Part shown: positions 47,504 to 55,148 of the stretch, in pieces
Position numbering within the stretch: position 1 is the stretch's first letter
How the letters are laid out: each line of letters starts with the position of its first letter
Source: an uncultured Gammaproteobacteria bacterium
GTDB lineage: Bacteria; Patescibacteriota; Microgenomatia; Levybacterales; UBA12049
Assembly (NCBI GenBank): GCA_964635045.1
Contig: CAZWMJ010000003.1
Coordinates: 12,011 to 76,010 of the forward strand
Length of the DNA: 64,000 nucleotides
Direction of reading: 5' to 3'
Notes under the pieces: model-generated
Databases searched by the model: none
What the model saw: the letters and a program-made list of their open reading frames with translations, nothing else
What the model was told of the DNA's origin: nothing
Position numbers and translations under genes: made by a program

Positions 47504-48565
47504 ATGACAGCAGAAAGACCATCTGGTCCAGATCAAGGCACCCGACTTGCCGAAAGTCTACTAGGCAGTGAAAAGGTTTTGTCTGGGCTTTTAGCTGGAG
47601 ATAAAAGAAAAAGGCCAATTTTGCAAGTAATGGTTTCCAAACTCATGGATGATCCTCTAGGACAACGTGGTTTCATAGAAACAATTTTTAGTGAGTTAGC
47701 CGGAGAAGGTGATTTTAGGGATATAAGAAGACGCAATGCGGCACTGGCAATTCTGGTGGATGATGAAGGTGATAATATCAGTTTACCAAAGGATATAAGA
47801 CCGATTGTAGAGGCTAATCCAACAGTGGTATGTGTTGCATATCAAAGGGCAGTTGCCCGACAGACAAAATTGAATAATCCTTTTTCTGGTTCTATTTATA
47901 GGCTTCTTAAAGTCGGACAAGCTATAGCTTCTTACCTTGGCAAAGATGCACAAAAAGGGCAAGAAATTGTAGATGGGTGGGAACAACTGGCAGGACAGTT
48001 TCCTGGAATTGATGTTCGAAATTATATACGCGCAGAAGTTCAAAAAATTAAAGACGGAATGTTTCCTCACGCTCAACTTGATTTTAGGGTGGAACAATTA
48101 AGGAAAGAGGGATTAACAAATCTTCAAATAGCAGAGAGGTTAGCAAGGACACTGCCGGTCATTGCGGCTTCAGCCAGCCGTTTGATTGCCCAGGGAAGAA
48201 TAGAACGAAGGGACAATGTTTCAGCGGCTAAACTCCTGCAGATTTTACAAGAATTTAAAGCTGCTTATCCGGTCGGGGCACTCTCTTTAAAAGAGATGGG
48301 AAAAAAACTGGGAGAAGCACTTGGTAAAGGGCCAAGAACCCGGGAACGGGCAAGACAGATTTATGATAAGTTAAAAGCGGCGCATGATGATCTTCCTCCG
48401 ACAAGGGGAGTCGGTGTGGAAAAACTTCCTTCAGAATACCGAGAGCGTTTAAGTCGGGAAGTTTCAGCAAGGATTAATCAAGGCATGGACAAAAAACAAA
48501 TAGCGGATGAACTGCATGTTCCAGCCACTTGGGTTGAGAAATTATCACCTCCCAAAATGATCTGA
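47504..48565 (+). CDS. hypothetical protein with several HTH-like segments
   Basis: GLTNLQIAERL, SLKEMG...TRERARQI and GMDKKQIADEL. Confidence 0.6.
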   Translation: MTAERPSGPDQGTRLAESLLGSEKVLSGLLAGDKRKRPILQVMVSKLMDDPLGQRGFIETIFSELAGEGDFRDIRRRNAALAILVDDEGDNISLPKDIRPIVEANPTVVCVAYQRAVARQTKLNNPFSGSIYRLLKVGQAIASYLGKDAQKGQEIVDGWEQLAGQFPGIDVRNYIRAEVQKIKDGMFPHAQLDFRVEQLRKEGLTNLQIAERLARTLPVIAASASRLIAQGRIERRDNVSAAKLLQILQEFKAAYPVGALSLKEMGKKLGEALGKGPRTRERARQIYDKLKAAHDDLPPTRGVGVEKLPSEYRERLSREVSARINQGMDKKQIADELHVPATWVEKLSPPKMI

Positions 48566-48628
48566 TTTCACATCTTGCCGCTTTTATACCTTTGTTTACA
48601 CACCTTGGGGGTGTGCTAGGTTCATATT

Positions 48629-49042
48629 TTACAACTTAGCTTCTGGCGGAAGATCTGTATCAACTATCTTGTTAATTATTTCCAAAGCAGTTTTCATAAG
48701 GACAAAATCTCTTGCTAACATAGGAGCCTGCACAGATATCGTTCCGCCAATGGGGTGCCCTTCAATTTGCAAATCTGCCCTACCATCAGCAAGTTCTTCA
48801 GGAAGGCGAATTACTTTTGCAAAGTTACCAGTTTCGTCTACCAGATAATAAGTATGATATCTATCCGAAAAAGCAATGCCCGGGAAGGTCATATCGTTAA
48901 CCTCTTCTTCTGTAAAGACGCCTGCGACACGTTCTTTCACTTCATCAAGTGTTAATCCAAATCGTTCTTCCCAATCATAGGCATGATGCCGTCTGACTGC
49001 TTCCCAGGTTTCTCTGTCGGTATGTAAACCGAGACTTACCAT
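48629..49042 (-). CDS. hypothetical protein
   Basis: 137-aa ORF overlapping the upstream stop. Confidence 0.5.
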   Translation of the reverse strand: MVSLGLHTDRETWEAVRRHHAYDWEERFGLTLDEVKERVAGVFTEEEVNDMTFPGIAFSDRYHTYYLVDETGNFAKVIRLPEELADGRADLQIEGHPIGGTISVQAPMLARDFVLMKTALEIINKIVDTDLPPEAKL

Positions 49043-49320
49043 TGTGGGAGTATTGACTCCAACCTTCGAAAGTGCTCTGGCGCTCCGTTGAAGGAATGAA
49101 TGACACCAATACTGACTTCATCAATACCCTGAAATGTACAATCAGTATAAAACCAGAGCATTTCACTATCACGATATCCACCCATGTCTTCAAATCTTTC
49201 AGGGGATTTATCAGCAAATCTAATTAGTTTTTCAACAACTTTTTGTTGTAAACGCGCTAGATCCCTTGCAAGCTCTTTATTTCTCGCTTGTTCGATAAAA
49301 ACTTCTTTTGCGGGAAACAT
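49036..49320 (-). CDS. hypothetical protein
   Basis: 94-aa ORF directly downstream of tRNA-Trp. Confidence 0.45.
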   Translation of the reverse strand: MFPAKEVFIEQARNKELARDLARLQQKVVEKLIRFADKSPERFEDMGGYRDSEMLWFYTDCTFQGIDEVSIGVIHSFNGAPEHFRRLESILPQW

Positions 49321-49356
49321 TGTTTTGTCAAGAAAGCGGGCAGGCCAGATTCGATG

Positions 49357-49430
49357 TGGCAGGGATGCCAGGATTCGAACCTGGAAAAGCAGTTTTGGAG
49401 ACTGCCGTGATACCGTTTCACCACATCCCT
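49357..49430 (-). tRNA. tRNA-Trp(CCA)
   Basis: AGGGATG/CATCCCT acceptor, GCAGT-CTCCAAA-ACTGC anticodon arm, encoded CCA end. Confidence 0.93.
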
Positions 49431-49483
49431 ACGTTGCTAGTTTCTCAGGGTAAAACCTATTCATATTAAAAAGCTAGGAAATA

Positions 49484-49660
49484 TTATTTCAGTTTTTCTG
49501 TTTCTTTGTGATCGGTGCGTTTGCGGCAGTGTCGGCAATACTTTTTCAACACCAGCTTTTCCGGCGTGTTTAATTTATTGCGGCTGGTAATATAATTTCT
49601 GTTTTTACAAACAGCACAAGTGAGTCCCAAAGTAACTCTGTGTTCGCCTTTTTTCGCCAC
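49484..49660 (-). CDS. rpmG: 50S ribosomal protein L33 (zinc-binding form)
   Basis: Read by hand from GTG: MAKKGEHRVTLGLTCAVCKNRNYITSRNKLNTPEKLVLKKYCRHCRKRTDHKETEKLK. Confidence 0.95.
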   Translation of the reverse strand: MAKKGEHRVTLGLTCAVCKNRNYITSRNKLNTPEKLVLKKYCRHCRKRTDHKETEKLK

Positions 49661-49783
49661 TTCGTCGCTTTGCCAAGTCAGACTTGGCTTTGCTTCTCAG
49701 CGCAAGCATTTAATCGCTTGAACTAAAAAGCTACCTCCTTCTTTAGAGTTTACACCGATGTTGCTTAAAAAGCAACAGAATGT

Positions 49784-49802
49784 GAGCCGGCGATGGGAAT
49801 CG
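49784..49802 (-). pseudogene. 3' fragment of a tRNA-Thr-like gene
   Basis: Minus strand CGATT CCCAT CGCCGGC TC parallels CGATT CCCAC TGTCGGC TC of the adjacent tRNA-Thr. Confidence 0.55.
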
Positions 49803-49820
49803 CCCGCCTTGCCATTTTTG

Positions 49821-49892
49821 AGCCGACAGTGGGAATCGAACCCACGCTCAATTCATTACCAATGAATCGTTTTGCCACTAAACTATGTCGGC
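49821..49892 (-). tRNA. tRNA-Thr(GGT)
   Basis: GCCGACA/TGTCGGC acceptor, ATTCA-TTGGTAA-TGAAT anticodon arm. Confidence 0.92.
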
Positions 49893-49937
49893 TAAGTTAA
49901 TATATTTTACTTGAAGATTTAAAAAAAACAAGTACGG

Positions 49938-50021
49938 TGCTAAGGGAGGGAATTGCACCCCCGAAGCCCTTTCGGACGTCTGGTCTACAGCCAGATGCGA
50001 TTGCTACTCCGCCACCTTAGC
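49938..50021 (-). tRNA. tRNA-Tyr(GTA)
   Basis: GCTAAGG/CCTTAGC acceptor, TCTGG-CTGTAGA-CCAGA anticodon arm, long variable arm, atypical T-loop TGCAATT. Confidence 0.88.
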
Positions 50022-50060
50022 CTAATTAGCCACTAGCAACTAGCCGCTAGCGTTTAGTTT

Positions 50061-50144
50061 GAGCCTCCTGACAGAATCCCCGCCTGCCAAAGCTTCCGCC
50101 GCTAACTGCGTAAGCTGTAGGCGGATGCGGGCAGGGAACTGTCG
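50061..50144 (-). pseudogene. tRNA 3' fragment interrupted in the T-loop by a 57-bp palindrome
   Basis: Removing 50079-50135 gives minus strand C GACAG TTCGATT CTGTC AGGAGGC TC. Confidence 0.65.
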
Positions 50145-50177
50145 TCATATGTTTATCCCAGAAAATTCAGCCGACTC

Positions 50178-50252
50178 TGGAGCCGACTGTCAGACTTGAA
50201 CTGACGACCTGCTGTTTACAAAACAGCTGCTCTACCACTGAGCTAAGTCGGC
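50178..50252 (-). tRNA. tRNA-Thr(TGT)
   Basis: GCCGACT/AGTCGGC acceptor, TGT anticodon, encoded CCA end. Confidence 0.93.
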
Positions 50253-50328
50253 TAGAATTTACGGGATCCCGTAAATCTAAGCCAATTTTATCAAAATTGG
50301 CAAGATTTTACTGGGGCAAAACAGCTGC

Positions 50329-50371
50329 CCCGCCTGCAATTGCCTTCGGCAAAAAGCCGATGGCGGGCAGG
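50329..50371. repeat. CCCGCCTGC...GCGGGCAGG palindromic element
   Basis: Same termini as the elements at 38462, 50079 and 55102. Confidence 0.75.
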
Positions 50372-50680
50372 CTGGAACATTTTCATTTTACCAAACAATA
50401 TACTGGGGGACAAGTCCTTGCTCAGGAAGTAAAAAAAGAAGAATAAGTTCATCTTTGGTACAGAGTGCGACTTGGATTTTCCCCAAAACAGACAATTAGG
50501 AAGACTCATCTGCTGACCAAGGCCAACAAATATGCGTCTTGTCATCCGCCATCACTTTTAAGATGTTGGCGGACTACCTCATTAGCGCTGAATTTGTGGA
50601 GGAAAATACTCCAAACTTACTCTTATACCAAAGAACAATAATAGCATATAAGAAATAAAGGCGGATGTCAAGATTTTGGT

Positions 50681-51307
50681 TTAAAATCCCAGCAGTTTCA
50701 TGGCAAAACTGACTATGTCGAAAATAACTCCGCCTAAGCTCACCCCGCCGATTGGAAATAGCAGTAGAAAGAATAGTATAAACATGCCCATTGAACCAAA
50801 CGATAGATAAACTGCCGCTTCGCGCTCCGGCAGGAGAAAGGCGAATATTTTGGAGCCGTCAAGAGGAGGAATGGGAGTAAGATTGAGAACGGCCAGAAGT
50901 AAGTTGTATTTGACAGTCAAAAAAAGAAACCAACCAATAAATGAGGGAAAGACCATGGGGATAGTAGAGAGGGTCTTAAAAATAATTGCCGCGATAGTAG
51001 CAATGAGTATGTTAGTTAGAGGTCCGGCAAGAGCGACAAGGGCTACATCTTTTTTCCCCTCTTTCAGATTAAATGGATCAACCGGAACCGGCTTGGCGGC
51101 GCCAAAAATAATGGGGGAGCCGGAAAGAAGGAGAAGGAGGGGAAGAGCGATACTCATCATAGGGTCAATATGGGATTTGGGATTAAGCGTTAATCTTCCC
51201 ATCAGTCTGGCAGTTGGATCGCCTAGGCGGTCTGCCACAAATCCATGAGCTACTTCATGGAGAATGGCGGAGAAGATTAAAATTACTAAACCCAAAATAA
51301 GCTCCAT
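50681..51307 (-). CDS. site-2 protease (M50 family)
   Basis: HEVAH, LAGP and NLTPIPPLDG motifs. Confidence 0.93.
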   Translation of the reverse strand: MELILGLVILIFSAILHEVAHGFVADRLGDPTARLMGRLTLNPKSHIDPMMSIALPLLLLLSGSPIIFGAAKPVPVDPFNLKEGKKDVALVALAGPLTNILIATIAAIIFKTLSTIPMVFPSFIGWFLFLTVKYNLLLAVLNLTPIPPLDGSKIFAFLLPEREAAVYLSFGSMGMFILFFLLLFPIGGVSLGGVIFDIVSFAMKLLGF

Positions 51308-51478
51308 ATTGTTTACTCTATAGTTCTATGATATCATATATAATACAGAATTTTTGAAGTGAGATATGAGATTTTTTTGATTCAGAATTCTTGAAATTTT
51401 GATTTTTTGGATTCAAGATTTAAAATATTCAAACTCAAGGATATCAAAAAGATCCCACGTCAAGAAATCCAAACGAAT

Positions 51479-51736
51479 ATGGCAATGAAGTGTTTTAATT
51501 GCGGCAAGGGGGTCATGTTTGGTCGTCAGCATACGCATCATCCTGGGGTGGCGGGAGGACGATGGAAAAAAAGAGCTCCTAAAACACCGAAAATTTTCAA
51601 GCCTAATTTACATTATGCTCGTATTAAAGTTGAAGGAGGGATGAAAAGAGTCAGACTTTGCACAAAGTGCCTTAGGAGAGAGAAGAATAAACAAATTACC
51701 AATAAACCAATAAACAAATCAATGCAAAATATCTAA
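51479..51736 (+). CDS. rpmB: 50S ribosomal protein L28
   Basis: CFNCGKG...FKPNL...LCTKCLR. Tail is derived from an 8-mer repeat. Confidence 0.9.
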   Translation: MAMKCFNCGKGVMFGRQHTHHPGVAGGRWKKRAPKTPKIFKPNLHYARIKVEGGMKRVRLCTKCLRREKNKQITNKPINKSMQNI

Positions 51737-52470
51737 ACGATTGGTAGTATTACCTTTTCAAGGTCGGGGTATCCGTTTATAAAATCTTTAACGCTCATCG
51801 GTTTTCCGCCTTCCACCTGAAGTTTTTGATGAGGCAGAAACTTAATAATCCGATTGTTGATTGTTGATTGTTGATTGTTTGAAGTTGTGATTTGGACTTT
51901 GGTCCAAACGCTGGGCCAGGGGTAATAAGCCCTGATCATTCGATCAAGAATTTCTGGCGGTGGGGGATTATTAATGTCGAAATACCCATCTTGACGGGTC
52001 AAACTTTTAGTAAAGGTGGTCCGGGAATGGTTTTGAGGCGTTAGTTTAATTTTTCCAGCAGCAAAATCCTGAATAATTTTAGGCAGAATTTCACCAGCTC
52101 GCTGAAACATTTTTTTACTCAAAGTATCAAAATTATCACTGTCAGAAAGTACTATTTCTTCTTGCCATATTATTGGTCCATGATCTACTTCCTCGTCCAT
52201 TTTAATAATGGTGATGCCGGATCTTTTGTCGCCGTTTAAGATGGCAGTTTGAATGGGCGAGGCGCCGCGGTATTTAGGTAAAAGCGATGGGTGGACATTG
52301 ATAAATCCATATTTTGGGGCATTAAGTTCTTGTTTTGTTAAAATCCTGCCATATGAAGCAACAACTCCCAGATCGGCTTCGTTTAATGAGTCAACTAGTA
52401 CAAAATGTTTTACCAGCTGGTTTTTGATGGGTTGGACAAATAATGGAGTTCCCAAAAAAACTATTTTCAT
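51733..52470 (-). CDS. fmt: methionyl-tRNA formyltransferase (compact)
   Basis: KIVFLGT, VVASYG, NVHPSLLPKYRGASP and IRAYYPWP. Confidence 0.92.
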   Translation of the reverse strand: MKIVFLGTPLFVQPIKNQLVKHFVLVDSLNEADLGVVASYGRILTKQELNAPKYGFINVHPSLLPKYRGASPIQTAILNGDKRSGITIIKMDEEVDHGPIIWQEEIVLSDSDNFDTLSKKMFQRAGEILPKIIQDFAAGKIKLTPQNHSRTTFTKSLTRQDGYFDINNPPPPEILDRMIRAYYPWPSVWTKVQITTSNNQQSTINNRIIKFLPHQKLQVEGGKPMSVKDFINGYPDLEKVILPIV

Positions 52471-53024
52471 AACTCAATTTCTTCGAACACGTCATTGCCT
52501 TTTTTGTCTTTTTTGCTTTTGAACAGCTTTTCTTTTTGTTCCAGCACTCGTTGGGTAAAGAGAATGCCGTTGAGATGGTCTGTTTCATGCTGGATAATGG
52601 TGGCCAGAAAACCCGTGAACACACGGGTTTTAGTTGAAAGTTGAGAGTTGAAAGTTGAGAGTTGCTGATAGCGAACCTTAATTTCTTTTGCCCGATGGAC
52701 CATGCCCCAGACATTGTGGATAGAAAGACATCCTTCCAGTTTTTTCGAGCGTCTGGGAACGCCTTTTGTTTTTTCCAAAGAAACCTCAAGTATTTGCGGG
52801 TTTAGAAAAACAGAAATGGGGGATTTCAGATATGGTTTGGCAAGGAAAATTCGAAACGGACTGCCAACCTGTGGCGCCGCCAGGCCGACTCCGATTGGGT
52901 CTTTGGTTGCCAGCAAGGTTTTTTTCATTCCCTCAATTAATTCCAGAGTTTTTTTATCAATAGCTTGAACCGTCTTTGCCGGAGTAGTTAAAACCGGATT
53001 AGGCACCTTAACAATCTGCAACAT
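52467..53024 (-). CDS. def: peptide deformylase
   Basis: GVGLAAPQVG, EGCLS and QHETDHLNG motifs. Confidence 0.96.
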   Translation of the reverse strand: MLQIVKVPNPVLTTPAKTVQAIDKKTLELIEGMKKTLLATKDPIGVGLAAPQVGSPFRIFLAKPYLKSPISVFLNPQILEVSLEKTKGVPRRSKKLEGCLSIHNVWGMVHRAKEIKVRYQQLSTFNSQLSTKTRVFTGFLATIIQHETDHLNGILFTQRVLEQKEKLFKSKKDKKGNDVFEEIEL

Positions 53025-53102
53025 TGCCTTACATTATATCATAGAATAATTTTTATTAAAGGTCGTCATGATGTTATTATGGACGTTATTAAGGCTAGAT
53101 TT

Positions 53103-53136
53103 AACACCAAAAAAAGCTGCAGCTTGATTTTGTGTT
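53103..53136. repeat. 34-bp imperfect palindrome, copy 1
   Basis: AACACCAAAAAAA-GCTGCAGC-TTGATTTTGTGTT. Confidence 0.7.
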
Positions 53137-53210
53137 AATTTTATTGTAGTGTGCATATTGTATAGTGCAATAGCGTATTTGACATTTATTAATATAATAT
53201 AGGATGTACG

Positions 53211-53834
53211 ATGGAAACAGTAGAATGGAATAAAGCATACAAAATTTTTTATAGCGATAAAGAAGCAATTCTTGCCGACCTTAAGAGAGAAGTTAACAGA
53301 TATCCTTATCTTAAGGAAATTCTTGTTATCTTAGCCGCGGGGACGCTTATTTCTGCAGCGCTTGTTATGCCGGATATTGCAAAACTTATTAACCCCAGAA
53401 TTTGGCGGGGAGAAGGTTATCGGAAAGATAGGTTGCGACAGACGCTGAAACGATTACAAAAGAAAAAACTGATAGAGGTGGTGGAGACGAAAGATGGACA
53501 GGTAGTTAAGATTACGGAAAATGGTCTAACTCGCGCCATGAAATATAAACTTGATGAGATGAAGATTAAAGAACAAAAATCATGGGATAGGAAGTGGAGG
53601 ATTGTAATTTTTGATATACCGGATGATAAAAAGAGAGTTCGTGACGAGTTTAGGGAGCGGTTAAAACAATTGGGATTTTTTCGATTGCAGGAGAGCGTTT
53701 TTGTGCATGCCTTTCCCTGTTTTGACGAGGTAGAGTTCTTGCGGCAGATTTATGAGGTTAATATCAACGTTACTTACATTCTTGCAATAACAATAGAAGG
53801 GCAAGAGGGTCTTCAAGATTTTTTCAAACTTTAA
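53211..53834 (+). CDS. PaaX-like winged-helix plus Cas2/VapD-like domain protein
   Basis: LKRLQKKKLI...KITENG wHTH. WDRKWRIVIFDIP...RDEFR..LKQLGF..LQESVF domain. Confidence 0.8.
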   Translation: METVEWNKAYKIFYSDKEAILADLKREVNRYPYLKEILVILAAGTLISAALVMPDIAKLINPRIWRGEGYRKDRLRQTLKRLQKKKLIEVVETKDGQVVKITENGLTRAMKYKLDEMKIKEQKSWDRKWRIVIFDIPDDKKRVRDEFRERLKQLGFFRLQESVFVHAFPCFDEVEFLRQIYEVNINVTYILAITIEGQEGLQDFFKL

Positions 53835-53870
53835 AGAGTTTGATTTAAAGATTTTAATTTGTCTTAAATT

Positions 53871-53982
53871 TTAGCTTCAGGTTCAACACCAATTTCAGCT
53901 GCAGCATAAATTGGTGTTGGTTTGATATTCAAATTCCGCGTAAAATCCACACCTAAAATCCAGCGGTTGGGGAAAATGGGTT
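53871..53982. repeat. 112-bp direct repeat, copy 1 (contains 34-bp palindrome 53885-53918)
   Basis: Matches 54476-54587 with 3 differences. Confidence 0.92.
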
Positions 53983-54039
53983 GGTTTTTGTTCAATTGAC
54001 TCTGCAGTAATAATTTGCTTAAATAGAATTTAGCTTAAT

Positions 54040-54450
54040 ATGGAAAGCCAGTCTGAAGCAAGGCCGAGAATTCCAGTTTCTCCTTCGGAACAAAGGCTTT
54101 TGGATCGTTTCATTCACGTTGGAGTTGCAATATTTATGGCAGGAATAGTTACAGCTAAATCTGGATTTGAAGATGAAGCCAAGTATGAAAAGCTTAACGG
54201 CGCTATCGTGGTCATGCAAACAGAACGTTCATTAGGAGAGGGAAGTCATCATGAAACAGAAGGGCCTGGGCTAGAGAAGTTGATAGAGAGACGCGATCAG
54301 TTGAGTAAGTTTGCGGATAAAAAAGCACTTTTTAGCAGTGCACTTTTTGTCTTAGGTTCTATGTTTGCTGGACTTGGAGATCGTCAGAGGAGAGGGCTTT
54401 CGATGGTGCACCCTGGAGTAGAAGAGGAATTAACGAAGAAGAGAGATTAA
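54040..54450 (+). CDS. hypothetical membrane protein between direct repeats
   Basis: 136-aa ORF with two hydrophobic segments. Confidence 0.55.
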   Translation: MESQSEARPRIPVSPSEQRLLDRFIHVGVAIFMAGIVTAKSGFEDEAKYEKLNGAIVVMQTERSLGEGSHHETEGPGLEKLIERRDQLSKFADKKALFSSALFVLGSMFAGLGDRQRRGLSMVHPGVEEELTKKRD

Positions 54451-54475
54451 AAGAATTTTTTAAAGTTGAGTATAT

Positions 54476-54587
54476 TTAGCTTCAGATTCAACACCAATTT
54501 CAGCTGCAGCATAAATTGGTGTTGGTTTAATATCCAAATTCCGCGTAAAATCCACACCTAAAATCCAGCGGTTGGGGAAAATGGGTT
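54476..54587. repeat. 112-bp direct repeat, copy 2 (contains 34-bp palindrome 54490-54523)
   Basis: Matches 53871-53982. Confidence 0.92.
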
Positions 54588-54594
54588 AAAATTA

Positions 54595-55071
54595 TTAGAG
54601 AGGATTTTGGAGGGGTTTGGGGAGATTTTTGAAATATTTTTTGACCACGGATTTTAGGCTCCAGAATTTTTCAGCGTCGAAAATTATCAGAGTAAGAAAA
54701 ACCAGACTAAAAATCACGTGCTGGTCAACCAGAAAAGAAGCCGTTCCTTTGCCAACATAAGGGAAATGCAGAATAGGGAGGTAATAAAGAACCATCATTA
54801 TTATGCCGCCAACCGCGGCGGGACGAATAAAAACCCCCAAAATCAGAGCCGCCCCAATTAATGTTTGTCCCCAGGAATTAGACAGATTAATCCAACCGAT
54901 GTTATTTGCATTGGCAAACCAGTCATAAAGAAAGGGTAATGTTTGAGAGCTTTTAAGATACCCGGCGGCGCTCCAGTTGGGATCTAAAATTTTGGTCACG
55001 CCGGAATACAAGAAAATCCATCCCAGAGAGAGCCGGAGAGCCAGCAAAATTATTTTTTGCCCTTTATTCAT
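54595..55071 (-). CDS. DoxX family membrane protein
   Basis: LRLSLGWIFLYSGVTK...WSAAGYL...IGAALILG. Confidence 0.85.
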   Translation of the reverse strand: MNKGQKIILLALRLSLGWIFLYSGVTKILDPNWSAAGYLKSSQTLPFLYDWFANANNIGWINLSNSWGQTLIGAALILGVFIRPAAVGGIIMMVLYYLPILHFPYVGKGTASFLVDQHVIFSLVFLTLIIFDAEKFWSLKSVVKKYFKNLPKPLQNPL

Positions 55072-55101
55072 ATTCCGTCCTTCATCATTTATACTTCATC
55101 C

Positions 55102-55137
55102 CCCGCCTGCATCGCTTTGCGAAGCATTGCGGGCAGG
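55102..55137. repeat. CCCGCCTGC...GCGGGCAGG palindromic element
   Basis: CCCGCCTGCATCGCTTTGCGAAGCATTGCGGGCAGG, intergenic. Confidence 0.75.
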
Positions 55138-55148
55138 TTAATCCTTAG

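Noticed and set aside
50291-50620. Possible ncRNA or pseudogene upstream of the tRNA cluster
   Set aside because: Contains several palindromes and broken frames, but no recognisable RNA family or protein motif
53103-54587. CRISPR array beside a Cas2-like gene
   Set aside because: The repeats are separated by 600-780 bp containing genes, not by 30-40-bp spacers, and no cas1 or other cas gene is present
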